A DNA stretch of 64,000 nt from Mustelus asterias (Eukaryota): NCBI RefSeq assembly GCF_964213995.1, contig NC_135807.1, positions 54,374,001 to 54,438,000 of the forward strand. Reading direction: 5' to 3'. Position 1 is the stretch's first letter. Each line of letters starts with the position of its first letter. This document shows, in pieces, positions 36,173-49,807 of this stretch. A program made the translations under genes and the position numbers. The notes under the pieces are model-generated. The model had not been told where the DNA came from, ran no database searches, and was given only the letters and a program-made list of their open reading frames with translations.

Positions 36173-38784
36173 CCAGAAGGCAAAAGAAGGCGCAGAAGCA
36201 AACACTAGGAGGACAAAGGGGGAGGTGAGTGCCGAGATGGGCTGGTTAGCAGTTCCACCCCAGATTTGGTCCCAAGTTATTTTAGAAGATTTTAGGCCCT
36301 CTGGCCCTCACATCTCACACCTCACTGACACTGTCCCATGGTCCTTCTTACCCCCAGTGTCAACTCCATAGCCACTCACTCAGTTTCCACTATGGTATAC
36401 CTCAGGAACTATGTGGAGATGAAATAAAATTACTTCCAGAAGTTTAATATAACACTCACAATACAGACTTAATAGTGAAACGAAACTCCAATTTATGAAA
36501 GCATCAACACTTTTAAATCACCTCGTGCCCAATTTCTTTTTAAGTGTTCTTACTTCTAATCCTTAAATAGCCACATTTAACTGTTAAACTATGAACTCAA
36601 GAGCCTCTGCTAAGATAATTGTAGCTTCTGAAACTCAGTCAAGCATTCATAATGGATATTCCTTGAGGAAATATCACCACAGAAGTCTCCAGAAAGTGTC
36701 TGAACAGATGCTACACCAGTTGGTTTGTCAATCAAAGAATTCCAACAGAGGTTTCTTTAACAATCATTGATAACTGAAGGTAGTTTTTTTTACTGTTTAA
36801 AAGCAGGGAATTTTAAAAACTTCAGATTATGGACAGAAAAATAGAACTTATTCACACTTCAAGAATGGTTATATGTACCGCATAAATGTATGATTCCCAC
36901 AGTGCTGGTTAAGGCTCTTGCAATAGCCAAAAGGATGTCTGCTTGAATTCAGTACAAAGTTTAAATAGCCCTTCTGAGTTTGCCCCCCCACCCACCCCCT
37001 GCCATGTGAATCATGCCCCTTCCCTTTACCCCACTGGCAAAAAATGAGATCTGTGAGAAATGGGGGGCTGACTTCCGCAGGCAGGCTACCACCATGGTTG
37101 GATAAACCTTCTGTCTCACCCAAATAGGCAGAGAGGTCTTTTAGGCCTGTCTGGCCTGCTGACCCCCGGTCTGCTGTTGGGGGTTTTCCACAAAGCAGTT
37201 AAGCTGGCCATCACGGCCTACAGCAGTCCAACGCTGGCATCTCCACATCACGGCCTACAGCAGGAACCTGGAGGCCAAGTGGAAAACCCCAAGCTGTCTC
37301 CTTTATTTGGCCGTAATAGGCCGTAATCAACTTGGATCAGCTCCCTGCACATGCTCATCCCCTTAAAGCAGGCCCATCTCCAATCCTGGCCTCAGAGCGG
37401 CCCAAACATCAAGTCCATTAACTCAGTTTCTCCCCCCACAGGTGCTGCCTGAGCTGCTGAGTATTTCCAGCATTTTCAGTATTTTTTATTTCAGATTCCA
37501 GCATCCACAGCATTCTGATGTTCTGTTTTTATTTCAAAAAATCTTGTTCTGTTTGTACAGAAACAGCAATGGTGCCAGTTTTAGAAATCAGATTGCTTGA
37601 AGATTGAACATATGTATGGCTCGCTTGCACCTCAAAAAGAAAACTGCTTTTGACTAGTACATGATGATTGCTGACCAACATGCCTTTTGTTTCCCAAAAG
37701 GTTTTAGAATCATTAGTGTATTCAGGGACCTCTCTGGCAAGATTGCAAACCTTCATACTAATAGTCACCTTTTACTGTAAAAATGATCTCACTGAATATT
37801 ACCACAACAATTCCACAAGAAGATTAGATGTTCTACTTTCACTACATGCAGAAAGCAAATCTGCTTTAGTTATTTCTTAAGCACACACAGAAGCAAATAC
37901 GATGAGATATCTTTTATGGGACAAAACACCTTCATTAAAGCTTTTTTATTCATTACGTTTGTGTTATGAGAGGAGGACCATGGCTTTTGATATCTCAGTT
38001 TCCAATGTCTTAAGCTGTCACATTCAAAGAAAGTGTTTGCATCCATATTAAAAGCTGCTACGTTTACAGTTCCATTTTCACATTACTTTGGTAGCTAGCG
38101 GATTATTTCTCCCTAATTTCTTTCCAGGACCTGCGGATTTCTCAGCCACTGTCCACGGGCTGAGTGATCATACTATCTAGATCTGAAAAGGTTATCCTGC
38201 TTATTCTTCAATCATGAAGTCCAATCGCATTAAGGTCACCAAAGCTGGGTTTGTGAGGGCTGCAAGAAGCCCTTTCCTGAGCATTCTGGGTTTCTGGCAC
38301 CATCGCTGCATTTGCAGCCTAATTAAACAGCTTGTTAACTGTTTGAGAATGTGAAAATGTCATTGAGCAGCCGGCTGCTAATTGGCTGCTTTCTGTCCTG
38401 CATGATTAGCAAATTCATGAGACATGAATCTAACTGGAGGAAGCCGATGAATACACCCGTCAGATTAATAGGCCTGTGTGACTCACCGACAGAAAGGAGT
38501 GAACTTTTAACACTCATTTCCAAATGAGGTAAAAATAATAAAGATTCTGCAGTGTCTTTGCAACACTCCATGGTCCAGGTTGATCCATGAAGATAAGCTG
38601 GTTGATTTTCAATTCCCAAAATTTAATATTAACAGGGAAGTAATGGCCTCAAAATGGGGTCTGCTGACTTAGCACTCCAGCAAACCCTGCCGATTGGCTC
38701 ACCAGCACTAACAGGGAACCTATCATTAGGCACACAAAGTAGCTGCTTGTTTTAATGATAAGATCCTACTAAGTAATACTTGCA

Positions 38785-39795
38785 CCACATAAGTGTCAGA
38801 CGATGACCATCTCCACGAAGAAAGTATCTAACCATCTCTCCATGATATTCATTGGCATTCCCATCCCAGTATCATTATCCTGGGGTTACCATTGGCCAGA
38901 AAATGAACTGAACCAGCCATATAACTTACAACATCACAGATATCAGTCTTCAGACAACTCGGGTACAATTTTAAAAAGCATTTAGACAGTTACATGGTTA
39001 ATATGGGTATAGAGGCATATGGGCTAAATGCAGGCAATTGGGACTGGCTTGGGGGGGATTAGGATATTGAATTCGATGATCAGCCATGATCAAAATGAAT
39101 GGCAGAGTAGGCTCGAAGGGCCGAATGGCCTAACCAGCTTCTTGTTTCTATGTTTCTATTTAATATTGTGGCTACAAGAGCAGGTCAGATGCTGAGACTT
39201 TTGCAGCAAGTTACTCACCTTTTGACTCCCTGAAGTCTGTAACCATCCACAATAGAAAAGTCAGGACTATGATGCAATACTTTCATTTGCCTGGCTGAGC
39301 ATAGCTCCAACAACACTCAAGAAGATCCTGGACAAAGCAGCGCTTAACTGGCACCCCTCCACCACCTTAAGTGTTCACTCAATCTGCCACGGCGCACAGT
39401 CGCAGCAAAGTAGACTACATGCAGTACAGCATACACTGCAGCAACATGCCAAGGCTCCTTCAGTAGCGCCTTCCAGACTCAAGACCTCTACCATCTACAC
39501 AAACAAGGGCATCAGACATGTGGGAACAATGCCACTTGCAAGTTTCTCTCCAAGCTACATGCCATCCTGGCTTGGAACTAAATCACTGCTCCGTCACTAT
39601 CATTGAGTCAAAATCCTGGAACTCCATTTCTAACAACACTTTGGGTGCACCTACACCACATGGCCTGCAGCGATTCAAGAAGGCAGTTCACCTTGCTGGC
39701 AGGTGAAGCATTTTTGCTCATCACTAATTATAGTTAGTGACGAACAACAAGCGCTTGTCTTGCCAGCAATGCTCACATCTCACAAAAAAAATAAA
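38785..39795 (+). mobile_element. CR1/L2-group LINE 3' part with inserted CR1 tail (~38958-39158)
   Basis: Colinear with 32250-33010. Confidence 0.85.
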
Positions 39796-40427
39796 ATCAA
39801 GGTATAGTTAAAAACATGAAAGATCAGCAACTAATCACCTACTAGCTTACCTAATTAATGAATCTGGGCTTCATTTTTCAGGTCTTGCTGTGTTCCCTTT
39901 CCTTTCCCTCTCTCTCCATTGGAGGGCCGAAGGGCCTGTTTCCTGTGCTGTACTGTTCTTTGTTCTCTGGATCACTCTTTGAGAAGAGCACCTCTTCCTT
40001 CACTGCACCAAATACATTCACTTACCAAAATGCCCATGTTACAGAATACAGAACAGTACTGCGCAGGATCAGGCCCTTCGGCCCATGATGTTGTGCCGAA
40101 CATGACACCAAACTAACCTAATCCCTTCTGCCTGCCCTTGGTCAATATCCCGCTTTCCTTGCATATTCATGTGCTTAGGTACTTCACTGAGCCTGACTTT
40201 GTGCCACTTCTGATTGGCTGCTCAGCTGGGTGCACCTTGCGTCCCACCCGATCTCCAAACAATCGTGCTTACTAAAATGCTTTGAACGTGTTTCAAAACA
40301 GAGAAATTAACTCTCATTTACAATAGAATCAATTCACTAAGAGCAAATTAAATCCTTTTAAATCCAGTTTTTCCTACCAAGTAAATGAGTAATCTAGTCC
40401 ATGATGTTCATAGAATGAAACATAGAA

Positions 40428-40965
40428 ACTAGAAGCAAAAATAGGCCATTCGGCCCTTCGAGTCTGCTTTGCCATTCATTTTGATCATGGCTGATCATCA
40501 AAATCAATATCCTGATCCACGCTTTCCCCCCCTATCCCTTGATCTCTTTAGTCCCAAGAGCTATACTTAATTTCTTCTTGAAGTCACACAATGTTTTGGC
40601 CTCAACTACTTTCTGTGGTAGTGAATTCTATAGATTCACCACTCTCTGGGTGAAGAATTTTCCCCTCAGCTTAGTCCTAAAACGTTTACCCCTTTTCCTC
40701 AAACTATGACCCCCCCCCCCCCCCCCCACCCCCAATTGGGAACATTCTTTCTGAATCTACCCTGTCTAATCCTGTTAGAATTTTATAAGTTTCTATGAGA
40801 TCGCCTCTCACTTTTCTAAACTCCAGTGAATATAATCCTCATATAACAGATCTGCCTTCCCAGGTATCAGCTTGGTAAATCTTCTCTGCACTCCCTCAAT
40901 AGCCAGGATATCCTTCCTCAGATAAAGACACCAAATCTGCACAAAATACACCAGGTGTAGCCTCA
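40428..40965 (-). mobile_element. CR1 LINE 3' end
   Basis: VQIWCLYLRKDILAIEGVQRRFTKLIPG. Confidence 0.9.
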
Positions 40966-40999
40966 TGAATGCCAGTGCAATGTCAGGTATGTAGATCAT

Positions 41000-41528
41000 A
41001 GCTCTCAACAACATGCAGATAACATCCAATAGCAGTCCTTTCAGCTGTTCATAGTATACAGAATACTAACCCTATTCAACCAACCCATGCTTGCAAAGCT
41101 CAGAACATAATGTCTAACATTAGATATGATTCCATGATTGGGCATCACTTAGTGAACAATTGCAAATGTGCTAAGAATTAGAGCAAAAAACAATTAAATA
41201 TTATTTGTTAGCTCACAATGTAGCTCACTCACACTTGCTGGAAGCTAAATAGATTCATATTCTGGGATCTGTTCTCTGCAGGCAAAAGGAATATATCCAG
41301 ATATTGCACATTTTTAAATAAACAGAAGCATGGAGATGGGTTGGGAGGTGGGTAGAGAGGAGGGGTGGCAATAGCCCTCTGGTGTATTTGCCATGCCAAT
41401 GTCTCAACCTGTCAGTGCTGACTTGCTAACCAATCAACATCCCTTTTCTCATGCAGTATAAATTGTTGTTCCCTGTGAAATGTGGCATTTTTGTGCCTGT
41501 CCTGATGAATGCAAGATGAAAACTTCAA
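41000..41528 (+). mobile_element. Penelope-like element (family 3): GIY-YIG C-terminus and hammerhead-like end
   Basis: IGHHLVNNCKCAKN, HLLEAK*IH..SVLCRQKE; CTGATGA..GAAA at 41502-41521. Confidence 0.75.
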
Positions 41529-41531
41529 TCG

Positions 41532-42470
41532 CATTTGCAGATGATACAAAGTTGAGTGGGAGGGTGAACTGTGAGGAGGATGCAGAGATGCTTCAGCGTG
41601 ATTTGGACAGGCTGAGTGTGTGAGCATCTGTGTGGCAGATGCAGTATAATGTGGATCAATGTGAGATTATCCACTTTGGTAGCAATAATAGGAAGACAGA
41701 TTATTACAGGAATGGGTGTAAACTGAGAGAGGTAGTGCATCAGTTGCTGAAAGTAAGCGTGCAGGTACAGCAGGCAGTAAAGAAGTCAAATGGTATGTTG
41801 GCCTTCAAGCGAGAGGATTTGAATATATGTATAGGGATGTTTTGGTGCATTTGTATAGGATGTTGCTGAGGCCACACCTGGAGTATTGTGCGCAGATTTG
41901 GTGTCCTTATCTTAGGAAGGATGTCCTTGCTATAGAGGGAGCACAGCGAAGGTTTACCAGGCTGATTCCTGGGATGGCAGGTCTGCCATATGAGAGGAGA
42001 CTAAGTCGGTTAGGATTATATGCACTGGAGTTTAGAAGAGTGAGAGGGAATCTCGTGGAAACTTATAAAATTCTAACAGGGTTAGACAGGGTAGATTCAG
42101 AAAGAATGTTCCCAATGATGGGGTGGAGGTGGGGGGGCGGGGGGGGGCGGAGTCCAGAACTAGGGGGTCATAGTTTGAGGATAAGGCGTAAAGCTTTTAG
42201 AACTGAAGTGAGGAGAAATATCTTCACCTAAAGGGTGGTGAATATGTGGAATTCACTATCACAGAATGTAGTTGAGGCCAAAACGTTGTCTGATTTCAAG
42301 AAGAAATTAGATATAGCTTGTGGGGCTAAAGGGATCAAGGGATATGGGAGGAAGGGGGATCAGGATATTGAATTTGATGATCAGCCATGATCAAGATAAA
42401 TGGCGGAGCAGCTTTGAAGGGCCGAATGGCTTACCCCTGCGTCTAGTTTCTATGTTCCTATATTTCTAGT
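41532..42470 (+). mobile_element. CR1 LINE RT C-terminus and 3' UTR
   Basis: FADDTKL, WQMQYNVDQC, RPHLEYCAQIWCPYLRKD. Confidence 0.93.
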
Positions 42471-42507
42471 TCTCTTTTTTCAGCAATACTCACGTTATGC
42501 TACTTAT

Positions 42508-42680
42508 AAGTTCATAAGTTCATAAGATATAGGGGTAGAATTAGGCCATTCGGCCTATCAAGCCTGCTCCGCCATTCGATCATGGCTGATATGCTCCTCA
42601 TCCCCATTTTCCTGCCTTCTCCCCATAAACCTTCAACCCATTACCAATTAAAAATCTGTCTAACTCCTCCTTAAATTTAA
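42508..42680 (-). mobile_element. CR1 3' tail
   Basis: (ataagttc)n tail, ttaggccattcggcc. Confidence 0.8.
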
Positions 42681-44487
42681 TAGTTGCTTGAAATCACTGC
42701 AGGATAAAATTTAAGAAAACTTTGCCTGTGTATTGTGTATTCAATACTTCTTCAAGTTAAATCACTTTTTTTATCTGTTCCCTTCATAATCTTTAAAACT
42801 TCAAATAGCTCCCTGATGCATTACTTAATCCTTGCTCACAATTCACATTCCTGATTCCCAGAACCATCAGAATCATCCTGGTTGTTTGCATTTATACTCT
42901 CCCAAGGACAATAAGATCCAATAATAATTGCTCTGTTTCTGCTCAATTATACTGTTACTTCAATATCAAAAAATGTTGCAAGTATATTATTTATGTTATA
43001 ACTTCACAATTAGTTTTATTCAGTTTTGTAATGTTAAATTAACATTTTCACAACACTAAACTTCTCTTTCTTAATAACATTTGTTATTTGAAGTGACAAG
43101 AGGGAAAGGGGAGGGGGGGGAGGGGGGAGAGGGGAAAATGGGGAATGGGGAAGGGTTTAGATTTTACATGTAGCCTGACTCTTCCACACTTATGTCAGTG
43201 CCTCAAAAAGGACTTCAGAGAAGAAGCCCAGCAGTGTTGGAACATGACTCCAGATTTTCAACCTGCACTGGATTCTGTAATATCTCCCAGAGAGATAGTT
43301 CACGTCAGTTTACAGGAGACTTGCATATGTCATCTTACAGAATACACTTTCCTAAAGCATTTAAACTAGCCAAATTGCATAAGGATCAACGCCGTATCAG
43401 GGAGACTCTTAAAATTGGGATAAACACTGTTTAAAATGTAAAGCAAAATCCAAATGGACGTCAACTGAAATTTATTCCGGACCCTAACATCCATCTTGTT
43501 ATATATGAATGCACTTTTTCACTGGAATTGATTGTCATGACAAAGTTGTAAAATTTAAAGTAAATGTTTCTTTCACTTTCTGTGCATTACATATTCTTAA
43601 AAGAGTTTCAAAGAAAATTACAACCCAAAGAATGTCTGCTGCATCAAACCGCTGCAGCTAGACCAACAAACAAGAGTGCAAATAATTAAGGGCAAAAACT
43701 CACCTATCATCAGCGCAAGTGATGGACGTTATGGAGAGATTGCAGTTCAGCGCTTCCATACCGGCAGCTTTCCCAGTCAGAGTCGGAAGTTCAAACTTGC
43801 CGCTCTTTCAGCATGCTTGTGCATGCACTGAGACTTCCCTGTTGGCCCAACATGCATGTGCGGGGCACAATCAACTTAAGCCGGCATTCGGGCGGGAAGT
43901 CACGGGCCAATACGTCAGTGAATGAGAGTTAGATTCTCTCTTGTTGGAGATGGTCATTGCCTGGCACTGCTAAGCAAAAGAAAGTTTGCAGTTAAGTTTG
44001 GGGTGTCACTCATGATTGGAAGTGCATGGGCTATGCTTACTTGTGACTGGCACAAGTTATTGAAAAATAAGTACAATGGTCAACTGCACTGAATACAATA
44101 GTTGGTATTGCATATTAAATGGATGTATGTCTGTAACTATATTCTCTGCAAACAATGTGGGTTCATACTTTGGACCACTAAACCCAGCTTATTCCACATT
44201 CAATAAAACATCTCTCCAATGGCATTTGATGACTGCAACCTGACAGTGTAATAATTTTGCACTAATAAGGAATTCAAAATCCCCATTCCAAAATACTTGT
44301 AGTCCCTATTATCCCCAATACCTTATGAGCTGAATTGGGGCAGAATCAATCCTATTGCTCTCACCAGGATTCATCATTAGATAATGAAATGTGGGGTAGA
44401 ATTTTAAGGATGACGAACGATCGGCGCTCACCATCCCAAGAGTCAGCGACTCATGGCTTCCACTGACACTTACCGTTTATCGCATGA

Positions 44488-44825
44488 TTCATAGAAACCT
44501 TGTGCAGAAGGAGGCCACTTAACTCATTGAGTCTGCACTGGCTCTCTGACAGAACATCTCATCCAGGCCTGCGTAACCCTGCATATTTATCCCACCAATT
44601 CCCCAATCATACATATCTTTGGGCACTAAGGGGCAATTTAGCTTGGGCAATCCATCTATCCTGCAAATGTTTGAACTGTGTGAGGAAACTGGTGCACCCA
44701 ATGGAAACCCATGCAGACACGGGGAGAATGTGCAAACTCCACACAGACAGTCACCCAAGGCTGGAATTAAACCCAGGCCCCTGACGCTCTGCGGCAGCAG
44801 TGCTAACCACTGTGTCATTGTGCTG
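44488..44825 (-). mobile_element. HE1-type V-SINE
   Basis: V-domain and tRNA-like head on minus strand. Confidence 0.88.
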
Positions 44826-46376
44826 CTCAGTGGCAGTGGGCGGGACTTCTGTTTGCCCTAGAGGGGAAGTTCCACCTGGGAATGCTAATCGGCCAATCAG
44901 ATTGACCAATGGCTCTTCAGCCTGGCCAGGCATGGCGCTGTAAGGGTCAAACACAGTACTGCAGCGGTCTGTCTGGAACTGAGTCCCACTAGCATAAAGG
45001 GAAGGGAGCCAGGGTGAAATCTCATCCATTCCATTTGATGCAAACCCCCGCAACACTTCAGAATCTGCCTTGTGGAGGCATAAAATTCTGGCCATGGGGA
45101 CTGAGTTTTCTCATCTGGTTTTTAACCCATTTGTGTGAAAATATATTCAGAAAAACTCTTGGCTCAGCTAATTGCTTAATTAGTCACAGACCCAGTTGAT
45201 GACAGAGACGAGAGCACATGGGATCTGAAGGCCCATGAAGTCAGACATAACCCTAGGTCAGGACCTGACATTAAATATATGGGCTTGATGAAAGTGCTGG
45301 GCTTATGTCTGCCCATGTCCAGTCCTGACATGTCAAAGTTTGCCATGCTGAAAGCATTGACTTAGTTTAAATAAGATCGATAGGTGTGTGCATCGCTCAG
45401 AGCACATCTCAAGGATCATGACGTACCCACTATCCTATTTGTTTCTCTGCAACTTACACGCTGGTAAATTCCCATTAGGAAAGGGACACTCTAAGGAAGA
45501 ATATTGACCCCACAATACCATTCTAATATTTCTGGCATTTTACCCATTAGGATTTATTTTCCTGCACATTGTTTTTAATTGTTGCTAACTGATTTTTTTG
45601 GAGATTTTCATCGCTGCCAATTTCAGTATTGGGTAAGAAAAATATTGTTATGAAGAAACAGAAAATGCTGCTGGCTACACACAGCAAATGAGGACCGGCT
45701 GAATGTTTCCGACATTTTCTGCTTTAGTTTCAGATTTCTAGTACCGGCAGTCCCTGCTATTTTAAGATTTTGTTGTTGCCAATTTCATGAAATTTTGCGT
45801 TTCATTAGCAGGAACAATAGAAATGTGATAGTCCCGTAACAATATTTCCCCTGGAGTGCCTGATCACTTAACATGACTTCATTTGGGAGCTTGGTGGAAT
45901 GCTCAGAGAAGCAGATTCAATGGTGCAAATGCCATTTCTCTGGGATTCTGCTGGCCTCCTGCCGACGTTATGATGGGAAATCGGGAGAAGGAATAAAAAG
46001 TTTATTTGTTAAGAGGTGTTTTGATGCCGTACAGTAAAGAGAAATGTTTCATTGAGAAGTGGTTGGGAAACCAGAGAACACAGATTGTAAGGTATTGCAA
46101 TGAAAAGCCTGTTTAACTGGCCAGGCCATAGAGTTTCTAGTGAATTTTGTCACAAAAAAATTCCTGATCAACAATTGAAAGAATAATGAAAACAGATTCA
46201 ATAGTAACTTTCAAGGAGGGAAGTGATATACTTAAAAAGGAAAAAAAATGGCAGGGTTAGAGGGAACGAGCAGGGAGTGGAACTAATTTGATATTCTTTC
46301 AGAGATGTGACAAAGACACGATGGACAAATCCCAGAAGGAAAAAACAGTAAGGACAGGGAAATAAATAATTTATAG

Positions 46377-46706
46377 GGAGGCAATGGCCGAGTGTTATTA
46401 TCGCTAGACTATTAATCCAGAAACTCAGCTAATTCTCTGGGGACCCAGGTTCGAATCCCGCCATGGCAGATGGTAGAATTTGAATTCAATAAAAAATATA
46501 TGATGACCATGAAACCATTGTCGATTGTTGGAAAAACCCATCTGGTTCACGAATGTCCTTTAGGGAAGGAAATATACTGTCCTTACCTGCTCTGGCCTCC
46601 ATGTGACTCCAGAGCTACGGCAATGTGGTTGACTCTCAACTGCCCTGGGCAACTAGGAATGGACAATAAGTGCTGGCCAGCCAGCGACGCCATGAATGAA
46701 TAAAAA
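46377..46706 (+). mobile_element. tRNA-derived SINE (family 2)
   Basis: Head with ggttcgaatccc; LINE-type tail gggcaactaggaatggacaataagtgctggcc. Confidence 0.9.
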
Positions 46707-46711
46707 CAAAA

Positions 46712-47058
46712 GCACGGCACAGTAGCACAGTGGTTAGCACTGCTGCTTCACAGCTCCAGGGACCTGGGTTCGATTCCCGGCTTGGGTCACTGTCTGTGTA
46801 GAGTTTGCACATTCTCCTTGTGTCTGCGTGGGTTTCCTCCGGGTGCTCCGGTTTCCTCCCACAGTCCAAAGATGTGCGGGTTAGGTTGATTGGCCATGCT
46901 AAAATTGTCCCTTAGTGTCCTGGGATGCGTAGATTAGAGGGATTAGCGGGAAAAATATGTAGGGATATGGGGGTAGGGCCTGGGTGGGATTGTGGTCAGT
47001 GCAGACTCGATGGGCCGAATGGCCTCTTTCTGTACTGTATGGCTTCTAAGATTCTATG
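46712..47058 (+). mobile_element. HE1-type V-SINE, full length, in the A-tail of the preceding SINE
   Basis: A/B boxes, V-domain and tail ttctatga. Confidence 0.93.
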
Positions 47059-47601
47059 AAAAGAATACTGGTCCAAACTGTTTTTTGCTATTGGGTGTTC
47101 TCCTGTGTTGTATGGTTGATGATTTAACTAGCATGAGGTACAGAAAAAATTTCAGCTTTGGCTCAGGATAAACTATGAAAAGCCTGTTTAACTCTGGGCC
47201 ATAGAGTTTCTAGTGAACTTTATCACAGAGAAGCTGCTGATCAACAGCATAATGTGGACAGAAGAAGCTTGGCAATACACGAGAGAGCATGTGATGCTGG
47301 GGTCACTTACTGTGTAGAAGGATATCTGGAAAATGTTTCACAACATGGAAATTGCATTAAGCTGTGCGAAGAACAATAATTATTTGCAATGGATCAATCG
47401 TGGAAAGGAAGTTAAGTACTATTGACAATAAATCAACGTAACAAAATGGAATTGTTTTGTTTTAATATGGAGATGAGGAACATTTTGGCTGCGCTAAACC
47501 TGACAAAGTGGAAATGCAGGGACCATTGCAAATTGAAGATGATGTCCATTCTGGGTGCCTGAAATTAGTCGCTAACAACAAAGCTGAGGGAACTGATAAC
47601 G

Positions 47602-48320
47602 ATTTGATTTGATTTGATTTATTATTGTTACATGTATTGGGATATAGTGAAAAGTATTGTTTCTTGCGCAGTATACAGACAAAACATACGTTCATTTGTA
47701 CATAGGGGAGAAGGAAAGGAGAGGGTGCAGAATGTAGTGTTACAGTCATAGCTAGGGTGCAGAGAAGATCAGCTTAATAGGTAGTAGGACCATTCAAAAA
47801 TCTGATGGTAGCAGGGATGAAACTGTTCTTGAATTGGTTGGTATGTGATCTCAGACTTTTGCATCTTTTTCCTGACGGAAGAAGGTGGAAGAGAGTATGC
47901 CTGGGGTGCATGGGGTCCTTGATTGTGCTGGCTGCTTTCTGAGGCAGTGGAAAGTGTAGACGAGTCAATGGATGAGTGGCTAGTTTGCGTGATGGACTAG
48001 GCTATGTTCACAACCTTTTGTACTTACTTGCAGGAGCCATACCAAGATGTGATATATCCAGAAAAGATGCTTTCTATGGTGCATCTGTAAAGATTGGTGA
48101 GAGTCATAGCGGACATGCTGAATTTCCCTAGCCTCCTGAGAAAGTAGAGGCATTGGTAGACTTTTTTAACGAGAGCGCAGCATGGAGGGACCAGGACAGG
48201 TTGTTGGTGATCTGGGCACATAGAAACTTGAAGCTCCCTATCATTTCCACTTCATCGCAGTTGATGTAGACAGGGTCCTCTACTAGGTGTCCTGAAGTCG
48301 ATGACTATCTCCTTCATTTG
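47602..48320 (-). mobile_element. Rex-Babar-type LINE 3' part
   Basis: LVKKVYQCLYFLRRLGKFSMS..LTNLYRCTIESIFSGYITSWYG. Confidence 0.9.
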
Positions 48321-49419
48321 GATATGGGTAGTTAACTGTCCCTGCATTTTGTCACGGACTAGATGTCACAGCCTTCTGCTGAGTCTGAATCCCAACCTAC
48401 TCTGAACCACCTTAACTTAGATACCTGGGTTAGTTTCCCCTACATGTTGTCTAGCTCCTGGCCCCTCTGAACTGATCTCTTGTCCAGCACTGAGTGGAAA
48501 ACAAACCATGTCTGTCACTGCAATGGCAATAGTATGAAATCTTGCCTTTGGCTCAGTTGACTGAAGTAACTCTGAGTGTTTCCATTTATTTCCTCCTTGT
48601 CTCATAAAATTCTACTGATCAACTGTTGGCACAATTGGCTGTCTCTAATGATCATTTTGTTTCCCCACTAATTTCTGTGAACAGACTTTTAGGTGGAAGG
48701 ATAACGCCATGTGACTATACAAACTAACAGAATGTTCACCCAATCAGACCGGCTTCCAGTCTGCATCTACATCGGCTTTAAAATTCATGTTCAAGGAGAA
48801 GTATATCCCTCTGTTTTTACAGTAAGTGGTGATTCATCGCTTTCTCATATTACACTTCCTGCAACCAAGCTTATTAGCAGATCACATATGTTTTTTATTT
48901 ATTGATACTATTTTCCTGACTTCTTTAACATGTTGAAATTGTTGAGTCTCTTTGATTTGTAATTTATGAAAAAATAACATTCATGTTCAAACGACCACAT
49001 CACTTTCTCAAGGACAGCCACCTGATCCAGAACTGCCTTGATATGAAGAAATTTGGACTCTTGCAGGATGTGGATTTGGCAGCAATTATTGGAAGCTAGG
49101 TATTTTCTGTCCCAGAGAAAGAGTATGGGGCAGAAGAATATATACTAGTGAAATAGGAGTGTAAATCTGCTGGAGCAAGATTTTGAGAGTTAAATTTCTG
49201 GGTGAAAGCCATTTCTGCACCAATGTTATTCACATTTTCCTCATGCCAAAAAGATCAGACTTGGGGTGGGAGGGGCCAATTACCCCATTCTAATTCTGTC
49301 CAGAATTTCTACAAAATTGATATTGGAGTCATTTATGAGGATATAAGTGAGCAAGAATCACAGTTATGAACCAGCCTATTTGATTAAAGTATTCCCTGTA
49401 GACGTGTCAACCATCTAGT

Positions 49420-49807
49420 AGGATGAGAGAGGATCTAATTGAAACTTACAGAATACTGAGAGGCTTGGATAGAGTGGATGTGGAGAGGATGTTTGCACGC
49501 GTGGGACAGACTAGAACTCGAGGGCGCAACCTCAGGGTGAAGGAATGTCCTTTAAAACTGAGATGAGGAGGAATTTCTTCAGCCAGAGGGTGGTGAACTC
49601 ATTGCCACAGAGGGCTAAGAAGGCCAGGTCATTGAGTGTCTTTAAGACAGAGATAGATAGGTTCTTGATCAATAAGGGGATCGAGGGTTAGGGGGAAAAG
49701 GCAGGAGAATGGGGATGAGAATCATATCAGCCATAATTGAATGGCGGAGCAGATTTGATGGGCTGAATGGCCTAATTCTATTCCTATATCTTATGGTCTT
49801 ATGGTCT
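49420..49807 (+). mobile_element. CR1 3' end
   Basis: RMREDLIETYRILRGLDRVD; tail (tcttatgg)n. Confidence 0.88.

Noticed and set aside
46377-46790. tRNA genes
   Set aside because: The A/B boxes belong to SINE heads that continue into SINE bodies; no cloverleaf.
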